From the human T2T-CHM13v2.0 reference genome, Homo sapiens, in NCBI RefSeq assembly GCF_009914755.1, contig NC_060940.1: a DNA stretch of 64,000 nucleotides; one strand, written 5' to 3'. Position 1 is the stretch's first letter. Each line of letters begins with the position of its first letter. The position numbers and the translations under genes were made by a program. This document shows positions 1 through 13,600 of the stretch, one piece after another. The notes under the pieces are model-generated. The model saw only the letters and a program-made list of their open reading frames with translations. It was not told the origin of the DNA and ran no database searches.

Positions 1-796
1 TGATTCCATTCGACTCAATTTGGGGATGATTCAATTCGATGACATTCGATGACTCCATTCAATTTCATTTGATGATGATTACATTCGAGTCCATTTGATG
101 ATTGTATTCCTTTCCTTTTGATGATTATTCCATTCGTGTCTATTCAAAGGTTCCATTCTATTCCATTCAATGATGATTGCATTTGATTCCATTCAATGAT
201 TATGGCTATCGATTCCACTCGTTGATTCCATTTGATTCCGTTCGATGATTATTCCGTTAGATTCCATTAGAAGATTCCATTCGATTTTATTCAATGATTC
301 CAATGGATTCCATTCAATGATGATTCCATTCGACTCCATTCAGTGATTCCATTCGAGTCCATTTGATGATTCCATTCTTTTCCATTTGATGATGATTCCA
401 TTAGGGTCCATTCAATGATTCCATTCGAGTCCATTCGTTAATGCCTTTCGAGTCCTTTTGATCACTACATTCGAGTCCATTCAATGATTCTATTCGATTC
501 CATTCCATGATGATTCCATTCGAGTTCATTCGATGATTGCATTCGAGTCCATTTGATGATTCCATATGATTCCATTCGACAATGATTCCATTCGTGTCCA
601 TTTGATGATTCCATTCATTTCCTATCGATGAAGATTCCATTCAAGTGTATTCGATGATTCCATTCAAATCCATTCGATGATGATTCCATTCCAGTCCATT
701 CGATCATTCCACTTGATTCCATTTGATGACTATTCCATTCAAATCCATTTGATGATTCCATTCGATTCCATTCGATGTTACCATTCGAGTATATAC
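1..796 (+). repeat. Module B, 3' part (truncated by window start)
   Basis: Matches 9893-10688 at offset 9,892. Landmarks: GATTATGGCTATCG, TTAGGGTCC, GTTAATGCCTTTCG, GAGTATATACG. ORF 401 pairs with ORF 10293. Confidence 0.85.
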
Positions 797-3700
797 GATG
801 ATTCCACTCGATTCCATTTGATGATTATTCCATTGGAGTCCACTTAGTGAATCCTTTAGATTCTACTGGAAGATGATTCCATTCGAGTCCATTCGATGAT
901 ACCATTCAATTCCATTCGTTGATGCTTCCATTCAAGTGCATTCGATGATATCATTCGATTCCATTTGATGATAATTCCATTTGATTCCATGTGATGATTC
1001 TATTCCATTCCATTCAATGATAATTCCATTCAATTCAGTGATTCCTCTGGACTCCATTTGATGATGATTCCATTCAATGATTCCATTCGATTATATTCGA
1101 AAATGATTCCATTTGAATCCATTTGATGATGATTCCATTGGATTCCATTTGATGATTCCATTCGATTCCATTCGATGATGATTCCATTCGATTCCTTTTG
1201 ATGAATCCATTCTATTGTATTCGATGATGATTCCATTCGATTCCATTCGATGATGATTGGATTCGATTCCATTTGATGATTTCATTTGATTCCATTCGAT
1301 AAGGATTTCGATCAATTCCATTCAATGATTCCATTCGATTCCATTCGATAATGATTACATCCGAGTCCATTCGATGATTCCATTTGAGCCCGTTCGATAA
1401 TTCCATTTGAGTCCAATCAATGATTCCATTCATTTCCATTCAATGATTCCATTCGAGTCCATTTGATCATTCCGGTAGGGTCCGTTCGATGTTGATTCCA
1501 TTGGAGTGCATTCGATGATTCCATTCGAGTCCATTTTATGATTTGATTCGAGTCCTTTCGATGATTCCATTCGATTCCACTCGATGATTTCATTCGAGTC
1601 CATTCGACACTTCCAATCGATTCCATTTGATGTTTCCATTCGATTCCAATTGATGATTCCATTCAATTCCATTCGATGATGATTCCGTACGATTCCATTC
1701 TGTGATGATTCCATGTGATTGCATTCAATGATGATTCCTTTCGATTGCATTCGATTATGATTCATTTCGTGTTCATTCTATGGTTCCACAGGTTTCCATT
1801 CGATGATGTTTCCATTCGTGTCCATTCCATTATTCCATTCTATTCCATTTGAAGATGATTCCATTCGATTCCATTCATTGGTGATTCCACTCAATTCCAT
1901 TCAATGATTCCATTCCATTTCTTTCAACAATGATTCCATTAGTTTCTATTCGATGATCCACTTGATTCCATTTGACGATGATTCCATTCGTGTCCATTCG
2001 ATGATTCCATTTGATTCCATATGATGATGATTCCATTCGATTCCATACGATGATGATTCCATTCGAGTCCATTCAATGGTGATTCCATTCAATTCCATTC
2101 GATGATTCCTTTCGATTCCATTCAATGATGATGGCATTCGATTCCTTTCGATCATTCCCTTTGATTCCATTCAAAGGTGATTTCATTCAAGTCCATTCGA
2201 TAATTGCATTCGATTCCATTCTATGATGATTCCATTCGAGTCCATTTGATGATTCCATTCAATTCAAGTCAATGATGATTCCATTCGATTCCACTCGATG
2301 ATTCCATTGGATTCCATTCGATGATGATTCCATTCAAATCCATTCGATAATTCAATTCAAGTCCATTCGATGATGATTCCAATCGAATCCATTCAAAGAT
2401 TCCACTCAATTCCATTCGATGATGATTCCCTTAGATTCCATTCGATGATTCCACTTGATTCCATTTACGATGATTCCATTCGATTCCATGTGATGATTCC
2501 ATTCAATTCTATTCAATGATGTTTCCACTTGATTCCATTCGAACATGATTGCCTTTGATTCCATTCAATGATTCCATACGGTTCCATTTGATGATGATTC
2601 CATTCGAGTCCATTCGATGATTCCATTAGAGTACATTTAATGATTGCTTTGTTTTCAATTCGAAGATGATTACATTGGATTCCATTCTATGATACCATTC
2701 GATTCCATTCAAAGATGATTCCACTCAAATCCATTGGATGATTCCATTCGTGTCCATTCGGTGATTTCATTAGATTCCATTCGAGGATGATTCCATTCGA
2801 TTCCATTCGATGATTCCATTCAATTCCATTCGATGATGATTCCATTCCAGTCCATATGATCATTCCATTTGATTTCATTCGATGATGATTCCATTCGATT
2901 CCATTCGATGATTCCATTCAATTCCATTCTCCGATGATTTCTTTTGAGCCCATTCAATGCTTCCACTCGATTCCATATGATGATGACTCCATTTGATGAA
3001 ATTCCATGATGATTCCATTCGCTTGCATTCGATGATGATTCCACTTGAGTCCGTTAGAAGATTCTATTCAATTATATTCCATGACGATTCTGTTCGAGTC
3101 CATTTGATGATTCCATTAGACTCCATTCGACGATGATTCCATTCGATGTTATTCGATGATGATTCCATTCAAGTCCATTCGATGTTTCCATTCGAGTTCA
3201 TTCTATTATTCCATTAGATTCCATTCGATGATGATTCCATTCGATTCCATTTGATGATTGCATTCTATTTCATTTGATGATGATTCCATTCGAGTCCATT
3301 CGATGATTCCATTCGAGTCCCTTTAATGAATCCATTGGTTTCAATTCTATGATGATTACATTGGATTCCATACGTTGATGATTTCATTCGATTCCATTCA
3401 ATGATGATTCCATTCAATTCCATTCAATGATTCCATTCAATTCCATACGATGATGATTCCATTTGATTTGATTCGACAGTGAGCCATTCGATTCAATTCC
3501 ATGATGATTCTATTTGATTCAATTGGTTGACATTTCCATTCGATTCCATTCGATGATGATTCCATTTGATTCCATTCAAAGATGATTCCATTCTAGCCCA
3601 TTCAATCATTCCATTCGATTCTATTCAATGATGATTCCATTCATGTCGATTTGGTGATTCCATTTGACTTCATTTGATGATGATTCCTTTCAAGTTCATT

Positions 3701-6558
3701 AGATGATTCCATTCGATTCCATTTGATGATGATCCCATTCGAGTCCATTCAGTGATTCCACTCGTTTCCATTCCATGATGATTCCATTCCATTCCATTCA
3801 ATGATTCCATTCGATTCCGTTTGATGATGATTTCATTCGAGTCCATTTGATGATTCCATTTGATTCCATTCGATGATGATTACATTCGAGTCCATACGAT
3901 GATTCCACTCAATTCCATATGATGATGATTCCATTCGATTCCATTCGATGATTCCATTCTATTCTATTCAATGGTGATTCCCTTCGAGTACATTAGATGA
4001 TTCCATTCGATTCCATTCAATGATGATTCTATTTGTGTCCCTTAGATGGTTCCACATGATTCCATTTCATGATGATACTATTTGAGCCCATCCAATGATT
4101 CCCTTCGATTCCATTCGATGAGGATTCCATTCGATTCAATTCATTGGTGATTCTATTCAATTCAATTCTTTGATTCCATTCCATTCCATTCGACAATGAT
4201 TCCATTCGATTTCTTTCGATGATTCCACTCGATTCCACTTGACATTGATTCCCTTCGATTCCATTCAATGATTCCATTTGATTCCAGTGGATGATGATTG
4301 CCATCGATTCCATTCGATCACTCCATTCTATTCCATTTGATGATGATTACATTCGATTCCATTTGACGATTCCATCTGATTCTATTCGAGGATTCCATTT
4401 GATTCCATTCGATGATGATTCCCTTCGAGTCCATTCGATGATTTCATTCGAGTACATCCAATGATTCCATTCGAGTCCATTTGATGATTCCATTTGATTC
4501 CATTTGATAATGATTCTACTAGAGTCCATTCAATGACTCCATTGGAGTCCATTCAACAATTCCATTCGACTCCATTTGATGATTCCATTCGATTCCATTT
4601 GATGATTCCATTCGAGTCCATTTAATCATTACAGTCGAGTCCATTTGGTGATTCCACCGGATTTCCTTTGATAATGATACCATTCAATTACATTTGATGA
4701 TGATCCCATTCAATTTCATTTGATGGTGATTCCATTAGAGTCCATTCGATGATTTCATTCGAGTCCCTTCATTGATTCCATCTGATTTCATTGGATGATG
4801 ACTCCATTCGAGTCCATTCGATGATTCCACTCGATTCCATTAGATGATTCCATTGGAGTCCATTTGATTGTTCCATTCGATTCCATTCGATTCCTTTCGA
4901 AGATTATTCCATTTGAGTCCATTCGATGATGATTCCATTCCATTCCATTCGATGATTCCGTTTGATTCCATTCGATGATTCCCTTCGATTCCTTTCTTTG
5001 ATGATTCCATTCCATTCCATTCAATGATTCCATTCGAATCTATTCCATGATGATTCCTTTCGATTCCATTCGCTGATGTTTCCGTTCAATTCCATTCGAT
5101 GATGATTCCATTCGATTCCATTCATTGAGGATTCCATTTGATTCCATTCAATGATGATTCCGTTCTATTCCATTCAATGATTGCATTCAATTCCATTCAA
5201 TGATTATCCCCTTAGAGTAAACTCAACGATTCCATTCAATACCATTCGATGATGATTCCTTTTGAGTCCATTCAATGATTTCATTCAAGTCCACTTGATG
5301 ATTCCTTTCAATTCCATTCTATGATGATTCCATTCGAGTCCATTCGATGATTCCATTCGATTGCATTCGATGATTCCATTATATTCCAGTCAACGATGAT
5401 TCCATTCGAGTCCATTCGATGATTCCATTAGAGTACATTTAATGATTGCTTTGTTTTCAATTCGAAGATGATTACATTGGATTCCATTCTATGATACCAT
5501 TCGATTCCATTCAATGATGATTCCACTCAAATCCATTGGATGATTCCATTCGTGTCCATTCGGTGATTTCATTAGATTCCATTCGAGGATGATTCCATTC
5601 GATTCCATTCGATGATTCCATTCAATTCCATTCGATTATGATTCCATTCCAGTCCATATGATCATTCCATTTGATTTCATTCGATGATGATTCCATTCGA
5701 TTCCATTCGATGATTCCATTCTATTCCATTCGATGATGATTCCATTCGAGTCCATTCGATGATTCCATTCGAGTCCATTTAATGATTCCATTGGGTTCAA
5801 TTCAATGATGATTACATTGGATTCCGTTCTATGATTCCATTCAATTCCGTTCATTGACAATTTGATTCCATTCGATGATGATTCCATTTGAGTTCATTCG
5901 ATGATTCTATTCGATTCTCTTCGATGGTGATTCAATTCTATTATATTGGATGATTCCATTCGATTCCATTTGATGTTGATTCAATTCGATTCTATTCGAT
6001 GATGATTCCATTGGATTTCACTTGATGATTCTATTCGATTCCATTCAATGATGATTCACTTCTCGTCCATTGGATGATTCCATTTCATTCCATTCGATGA
6101 TGATTCCATTCGATTCCATTCGATGATTCCATTTGATTCCATGTGACGGTGAGCAATTCGATTCAATTCCATGATGATTCTATTTGATTCAATTAGATGA
6201 TGTTTCCATTCGAATCCATTCCATGATTATTCCATTGGAATCCATTTGGCGATGATTCCATATGAGTCAATTCAATGATGATTCCATATGGGTCCGTTCG
6301 ATGATAATTCCATTTGATTTCATTCAATGCTTCTATTCTATTCCAGTCGATGATGATTCCGTTGGAGTCCATACGATGATTCCATTTGATTTCATTTGAT
6401 GATGATTCCATTCGATGATGATTACATTGGATTCCATTCTATGATTCCATTCAATTCCATTCGTTGATGATTCGATTCCATTCAATGATGATTCCATTTG
6501 AGTTCATTCGATGATTCTATTCGATTCCGTTCGATGGTGATTCAATTCTATTATATTG
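797..6558 (+). repeat. A+C unit, 5,762 bp (A tail replaced by a C-derived patch; 170-bp deletion in C)
   Basis: A landmarks: GGAGTCCACTTAGTGAATCC, CCGGTAGGGTCCG, CCACAGGTTTCC. C landmarks: CTCCGATGATTTCTTTTGAGCCC, TTACAGTCGAG, AGAGTAAACTCAACG. The next A starts at 6559 (ORF 1430 to 7192 = 5,762). Confidence 0.8.
6185..6195 (-). promoter_or_regulatory. DUX4-consensus match TAATTGAATCA (one per complete C module: also 16167, 24236, 43778, 49320, 54862)
   Basis: TGATTCAATTA on + is TAATTGAATCA on -, which fits the reported DUX4 motif TAAYBBAATCA. DUX4 is known to bind and transcribe HSATII. Binding at this exact site is not shown by the sequence. Confidence 0.4.
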
Positions 6559-9500
6559 GATGATTCCACTCTATTCCATTTGATGATTATTCCATTGGAG
6601 TCCACTTAGTGAATCCTTTAGATTCTACTCGACGATGATTCCATTCGAGTCCATTCGATGATACCATTCAATTTCATTCGTTGATGCTTCCATTCAAGTG
6701 CATTCGATGATATCATTCGATTCCATTTGATGATAATTCCATTTGATTCCATGCGATGATTCTATTCGATTCCATTCAATGATAATTCCATTCAATTCAG
6801 TGATTCCTCTGGACTCCATTTGATGATGATTCCATTCAATGATTCCATTCGATTCTATTCCAAAATGATTCCATTTGAATCCATTTGATGATGATTCCAT
6901 TAGATTCCATTTGATGATTCCATTCGATTGCCTTTGACGATGATTCCATTCGATTCCATTTGATGATTCCATTCTATTCTATTCGATGATGATTCCATTC
7001 GATTCCATTTGATGATGATTGGATTCGATTCCATTTGATGATTTCATTTGATTCCATTCTTTAATGATTTCGATCAATTCCATTCGATGATTCCATTTGA
7101 TTCCATTCGATAATGATTACATCCGAGTCCATTCGATCATTCCATTTGAGCCCGTTCGATAATTCCATTTGAGTCCAATCAATGATTCCATTCATTTCCA
7201 TTCAATGATTCCATTCGAGTCCATTTGATCATTCTGGTAGGGTCCGTTCGATGTTGATTCCATTGGAGTGCATTCGATAATTCCATTCGAGTCCATTTTA
7301 TGATTTGATTCGAGTCCTTTCGATGATTCCATTCGATTCCACTCGATGATGATTTCATTCGAGTCCATTCGACACTTCCAATCGATTCCATTTGATGTTT
7401 CCATTCGAGTCCAATTGATGATTCCATTCAATTCCATTCGATGATGATTCCGTACGATTCCATTCTGTGATGATTCCATGTGATTGCATTCAATGATGAT
7501 TCCTTTCGATTGCATTCGATTATGATTCATTTCGTGTTCATTCTATGGTTCCACAGGTTTCCATTCGATGACGTTTCCGTTCGTGTCCATTCCATTATTC
7601 CATTCTATTTCATTTGATGATGATTCCATTCGATTCCATTCATTGGTGATTCCACTCAATTCCATTCAATGATTCCATTCCATTTCTTTCAACAATGATT
7701 CCATTAGTTTCTATTCGACGATCCACTTGATTCCATTTGGCGATGATTCCATTCGTGTCCATTCGATGATTCCATTTGATTCCATATGATGATGATTCCA
7801 TTCGATTCCATACCATGATGATTCCATTCGAGTCCATTCAATGGTGATTCCATTCAATTCCATTCGATGATTCCTTCCGATTCCATTCGATGATGATAGC
7901 ATTCGATTCCTTTCAATCATTCCCTTTGATTCCATTCAAAGGTGATTTCATTCAAGTCCATTCGATAATTGCATTCGATTCCATTCTATGATGATTCCAT
8001 TCGAGTCCATTTGATGATTCCATTCAATTCAAGTCAATGATGATTCCATTCAATTCCACTCGATGATTCCAGTGGATTCCATTCGATGATGATTCCATTC
8101 AAATCCATTCGATAATTCAATTCAAGTCCATTCGATGATGATTCCAATCGAATCCATTCAAAGATTCCATTCAATTCCATTCGATGATGATTCCCTTAGA
8201 TTCCATTCGATGATTCCACTTGATTCCATTTACGATGATTCCATTCGATTCCATGTGATGAATCCATTCAATTCTATTCAATGATGTTTCCATTTGATTC
8301 CATTGGACCATGATTGCCTTTGATTCCATTCAATGATTCCATTCGGTTCCATTTGATGATGATTTCGTTCGATTCCATTTCATTATTCCATTTGATTCCA
8401 TTGGATGAGTCCATTCGATTACATTCGATGATTATTCCATTCGAGTGCATTAGATGATTGCATTCGAGTCCATTCGATGATTCCATTCGATTCCATTCGA
8501 TGTTGATTCTGTTCAAATCCATTCGATGATTCCACTCGATTCCAATCGATGACTCCATTTGATCCCATTCGATGATTTCCTGTGATTCCCTTTGATGATC
8601 ATTCTATTTGATTCAATTCGGTGATTTCATTTCATTCCATTCAGTGATGTTTCCATTCGACTGTATTCGATGATGATTCCATTCGACTCCATTCGATTAT
8701 GATTTCATTCAATTCCATTCAATAATGATTCCCTTCGAGTCCATTCGATGATTCCATTCGATTCCATTCAACGATGATTTGATTCGTTTCCATTCGATGA
8801 TTCCATTTGATTCCACTTGATGATGATTCCATTCGAGTCCATTTGATGATTCCATTCGAGTCTATTTATGTATTATATTCGTGTCCACTTCATGATTCCA
8901 TTCAATTCCATTTAATGTTGATTCCATTTGATTCCATTTGATGATTCAGTTCGATTCCTTGCAATGATTCCCTACGATTCCTTTCTCTGATGATTCCATT
9001 CGATTCCATTCATTGATGATTTCATTCGACTCCATTCGATGATGATTCCTTTCGATTCCATTTGACGATGTTTCCATTCGAGTCCATTCGATGATGATTC
9101 TATTCAATTCTGTTCTATTATGATTCCATTCGATTTCATTCAATGCTTCTATTTGATTCCATTCGATGATGATTCCATCTCTTTCCCTTCGATGATTCCA
9201 TTTGATTCCATTCAGTGATGATTCCATTTGATTCCATCTGATGATGATTTCACTTGATTCCTTTCAATGATGATTCAATTCAAGTCCATTCGATGATTCC
9301 ATTGGAGTCCAAACGATCATTCCGTTCGATTCCATTCAATGGTGATTCCATTCATGTCCATTCGATGAATCCATTCAATTCCATTCGATGATGACTCCAT
9401 TCGAGTACATTCGATGATTCCATTTGATTCCATTTGAAGATGATTCCATTCAATTCCATTCGAAGATGATTCCATTCAATTCCATTCGATGATGATTCCG

Positions 9501-10688
9501 TATGAATCCATTCTCTGATTATTCCATTCGATTCCATTCATTGACGATTCCATTCAATTCCATTCAATGATGATTCTCTTCTATTCCATTCGATGATTCC
9601 GGTCGATTCCATTCGATGATGATTCCATTAGATTCCATTCGATTGTTGCATTCGATTCCCTTCGATGATGATTCCTTTGAATTCCATTCGATTATCATTC
9701 CGTATGAATCCATTTGATGATTATTCCATTGGATTCCTTTCGATGATGATTCCATTCGATTCCATTTGATGATGTTTCTCTTGTATTCCATTGGATAATT
9801 CCTTTCCGTTCCCTTCGATGATTATTCTTTCGAGTCAATTCGATGATTCTATTCCATTCCCTTCGATGATGATTCCATTTCACTCCATTTGATGATTCCA
9901 TTCGACTCAATTTGGTGATGATTCAATTCGATGACATTCGATGACTCCATTCAATTTCATTTGATGATGATTACATTCGAGTCCATTTGATGATTGTATT
10001 CCTTTCCTTTTGATGATTATTCCATTCGTGTCTATTCAAAGGTTCCATTCTATTCCATTCAATGATGATTGCATTTGATTCCATTCAATGATTATGGCTA
10101 TCGATTCCACTCGTTGATTCCATTTGATTCCGTTCGATGATTATTCCGTTAGATTCCATTAGAAGATTCCATTCGATTTTATTCAATGATTCCAATGGAT
10201 TCCATTCAATGATGATTCCATTCGACTCCATTCAGTGATTCCATTCGAGTCCATTTGATGATTCCATTCTTTTCCATTTGATGATGATTCCATTAGGGTC
10301 CATTCAATGATTCCATTCGAGTCCATTCGTTAATGCCTTTCGAGTCCTTTTGATCACTACATTCGAGTCCATTCAATGATTCTATTCGATTCCATTCCAT
10401 GATGATTCCATTCGAGTTCATTCGATGATTGCATTCGAGTCCATTTGATGATTCCATATGATTCCATTCGACAATGATTCCATTCGTGTCCATTTGATGA
10501 TTCCATTCATTTCCTATCGATGAAGATTCCATTCAAGTGTATTCGATGATTCCATTCAAATCCATTCGATGATGATTCCATTCCAGTCCATTCGATCATT
10601 CCACTTGATTCCATTTGATGACTATTCCATTCAAATCCATTTGATGATTCCATTCGATTCCATTCGATGTTACCATTCGAGTATATAC
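6559..10688 (+). repeat. A+B unit, 4,130 bp (A 6559-8857, B 8858-10688)
   Basis: B begins at GAGTCTATTTATGTATTATATTCG (8858). ORF 7192 to 11322 = 4,130. Confidence 0.85.
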
Positions 10689-13600
10689 GATGATTCCACT
10701 CGATTCCATTTGATGATTATTCCATTGGAGTCCACTTAGTGAATCCTTTAGATTCTACTGGAAGATGATTCCATTCGAGTCCATTCGATGATACCATTCA
10801 ATTCCATTCGTTGATGCTTCCATTCAAGTGCATTCGATGATATCATTCGATTCCATTTGATGATAATTCCATTTGATTCCATGCGATGATTCTATTCGAT
10901 TCCATTCAATGATAATTCCATTCAATTCAGTGATTCCTCTGGACTCCATTTGATGATGATTCCATTCAATGATTCCATTCGATTATATTCGAAAATGATT
11001 CCATTTGAATCCATTTGATGATGATTCCATTGGATTCAATTTGATGATTCCATTCGATTCCATTCGATGATGATTCCATTCGATTCCTTTTGATGAATCC
11101 ATTCTATTGTATTCGATGATGATTCCATTCGATTCCATTCGATGATGATTGGATTCGATTCCATTTGATGATTTCATTTGATTCCATTCGATAATGATTT
11201 CGATCAATTCCATTCGATGATTCCATTCGATTCCATTCGATAATGATTACATCCGAGTCCATTCGATGATTCCATTTGAGCCCGTTCGATAATTCCATTT
11301 GAGTCCAATCAATGATTCCATTCATTTCCATTCAATGATTCCATTCGAGTCCATTTGATCATTCCGGTAGGGTCCGTTCGATGTTGATTCCATTGGAGTG
11401 CATTCGATGATTCCATTCGAGTCCATTTTAGGATTTGATTCGAGTCCTTTCGATGATTCCATTCGATTCCACTCGATGATTTCATTCGAGTCCATTCGAC
11501 ACTTCCAATCGATTCCATTTGATGTTTCCATTCGATTCCAATTGATGATTCCATTCAATTCCATTCGATGATGATTCCGTACGATTCCATTCTGTGATGA
11601 TTCCATGTGATTGCATTCAATGATGATTCCTTTCGATTGCATTCGATTATGATTCATTTCGTGTTCATTCTATGGTTCCACAGGTTTCCATTCGATGATG
11701 TTTCCATTCGTGTCCATTCCATTATTCCATTCTATTCCATTTGGAGACGATTCCATTCGATTCCATTCATTGGTGATTCCACTCAATTCCATTCAATGAT
11801 TCCATTCCATTTCTTTCAACAATGATTCCATTAGTTTCTATTCGATGATCCACTTGATTCCATTTGACGATGATTCCATTCGTGTCCATTCGATGATTCC
11901 ACTTGATTCCATATGATGATGATTCCATTCGATTCCATACGATGATGATTCCATTCGAGTCCATTCAATGGTGATTCCATTCAATTCCATTCGATGATTC
12001 CTTTCGATTCCATTCAATGATGATGGCATTCGATTCCTTTCGATCATTCCCTTTGATTCCATTCAAAGGTGATTTCATTCAAGTCCATTCGATAATTGCA
12101 TTCGATTCCATTCTATGATGATTCCATTCGAGTCCATTTGATGATTCCATTCAATTCAAGTCAATGATGATTCCATTCGATTCCACTCGATGATTCCATT
12201 GGATTCCATTCGATGATGATTCCATTCAAATCCATCGATAATTCAATTCAAGTCCATTCGATGATGATTCCAATCGAATCCATTCAAAGATTCCACTCAA
12301 TTCCATTCGATGATGATTCCCTTAGATTCCATTTGATGATTCCACTTGATTCCATTTACGATGATTCCATTCGATTCCATGTGATGATTCCATTCAATTC
12401 TATTCAATGATGTTTCCACTTGATTCCATTCGAACATGATTGCCTTTGATTCCATTCAATGATTCCATACGGTTCCATTTGATGATGATTCCATTCGAGT
12501 GCATTAGATGATTCCATTCGAGTCCATTCGATGATTCCATTCGATTCCATTCGATGTTGATTCTGTTCAAATCCATTCGATGATTCCACTCGATTCCATT
12601 CGATGACTCCATTTGATCCCATTCGATGATTTCCTTTGATTCCCTTTGATGATCATTCCATTTGATTCAATTCGGTGATTTCATTTGATTCCATTCAGTG
12701 ATGTTTCCATTCGACTCCATTCGATGATGATTCCATTCGACTCCATTCGATTATGATTTCATTCAATTCCATTCGATAATGATTCCCTTCGAGTCCATTC
12801 GATGATTCCATTCGATTCCATTCAACGATGATTTGATTCGTGTCCATTCGATGATTCCGTTTGATTCCATTTGATGATGATTCCATTCGAGTCCCTTTGA
12901 TGATTCCATTCAATTCCATTCTCCGATGATTTCTTTTGAGCCCATTCAATGCTTCCACTCGATTCCATATGATGATGACTCCATTTGATGAAATTCCATG
13001 ATGATTCCATTCGCTTGCATTCGATGATGATTCCACTTGAGTCCGTTAGAAGATTCTATTCAATTACATTCCATGACGATTCTGTTCGAGTCCATTTGAT
13101 GATTCCATTAGACTCCATTCGACGATGATTCCATTCGATGTTATTCGATGATGATTCCATTCAACTCCATTCGATGTTTCCATTCGAGTTCATTCTATTA
13201 TTCCATTAGATTCCATTCGATGATGATTCCATTCGATTCCATTTGATGATTGCATTCTATTTCATTTGATGATGATTCCATTCGAGTCCATTCGATGATT
13301 CCATTCGAGTCCATTTAATGAATCCATTGGTTTCAATTCTATGATGATTACATTGGATTCCATTCGTTGATGATTTCATTCGATTCCATTCAATGATGAT
13401 TCCATTCAATTCCATTCAATGATTCCATTCAATTCCATACGATGATGATTCCATTTGATTTGATTCGACAGTGAGCCATTCGATTCAATTCCATGATGAT
13501 TCTATTTGATTCAATTGGTTGACATTTCCATTCGATTCCATTCGATGATGATTCCATTTGATTCCATTCAAAGATGATTCCATTCTAGCCCATTCAATCA

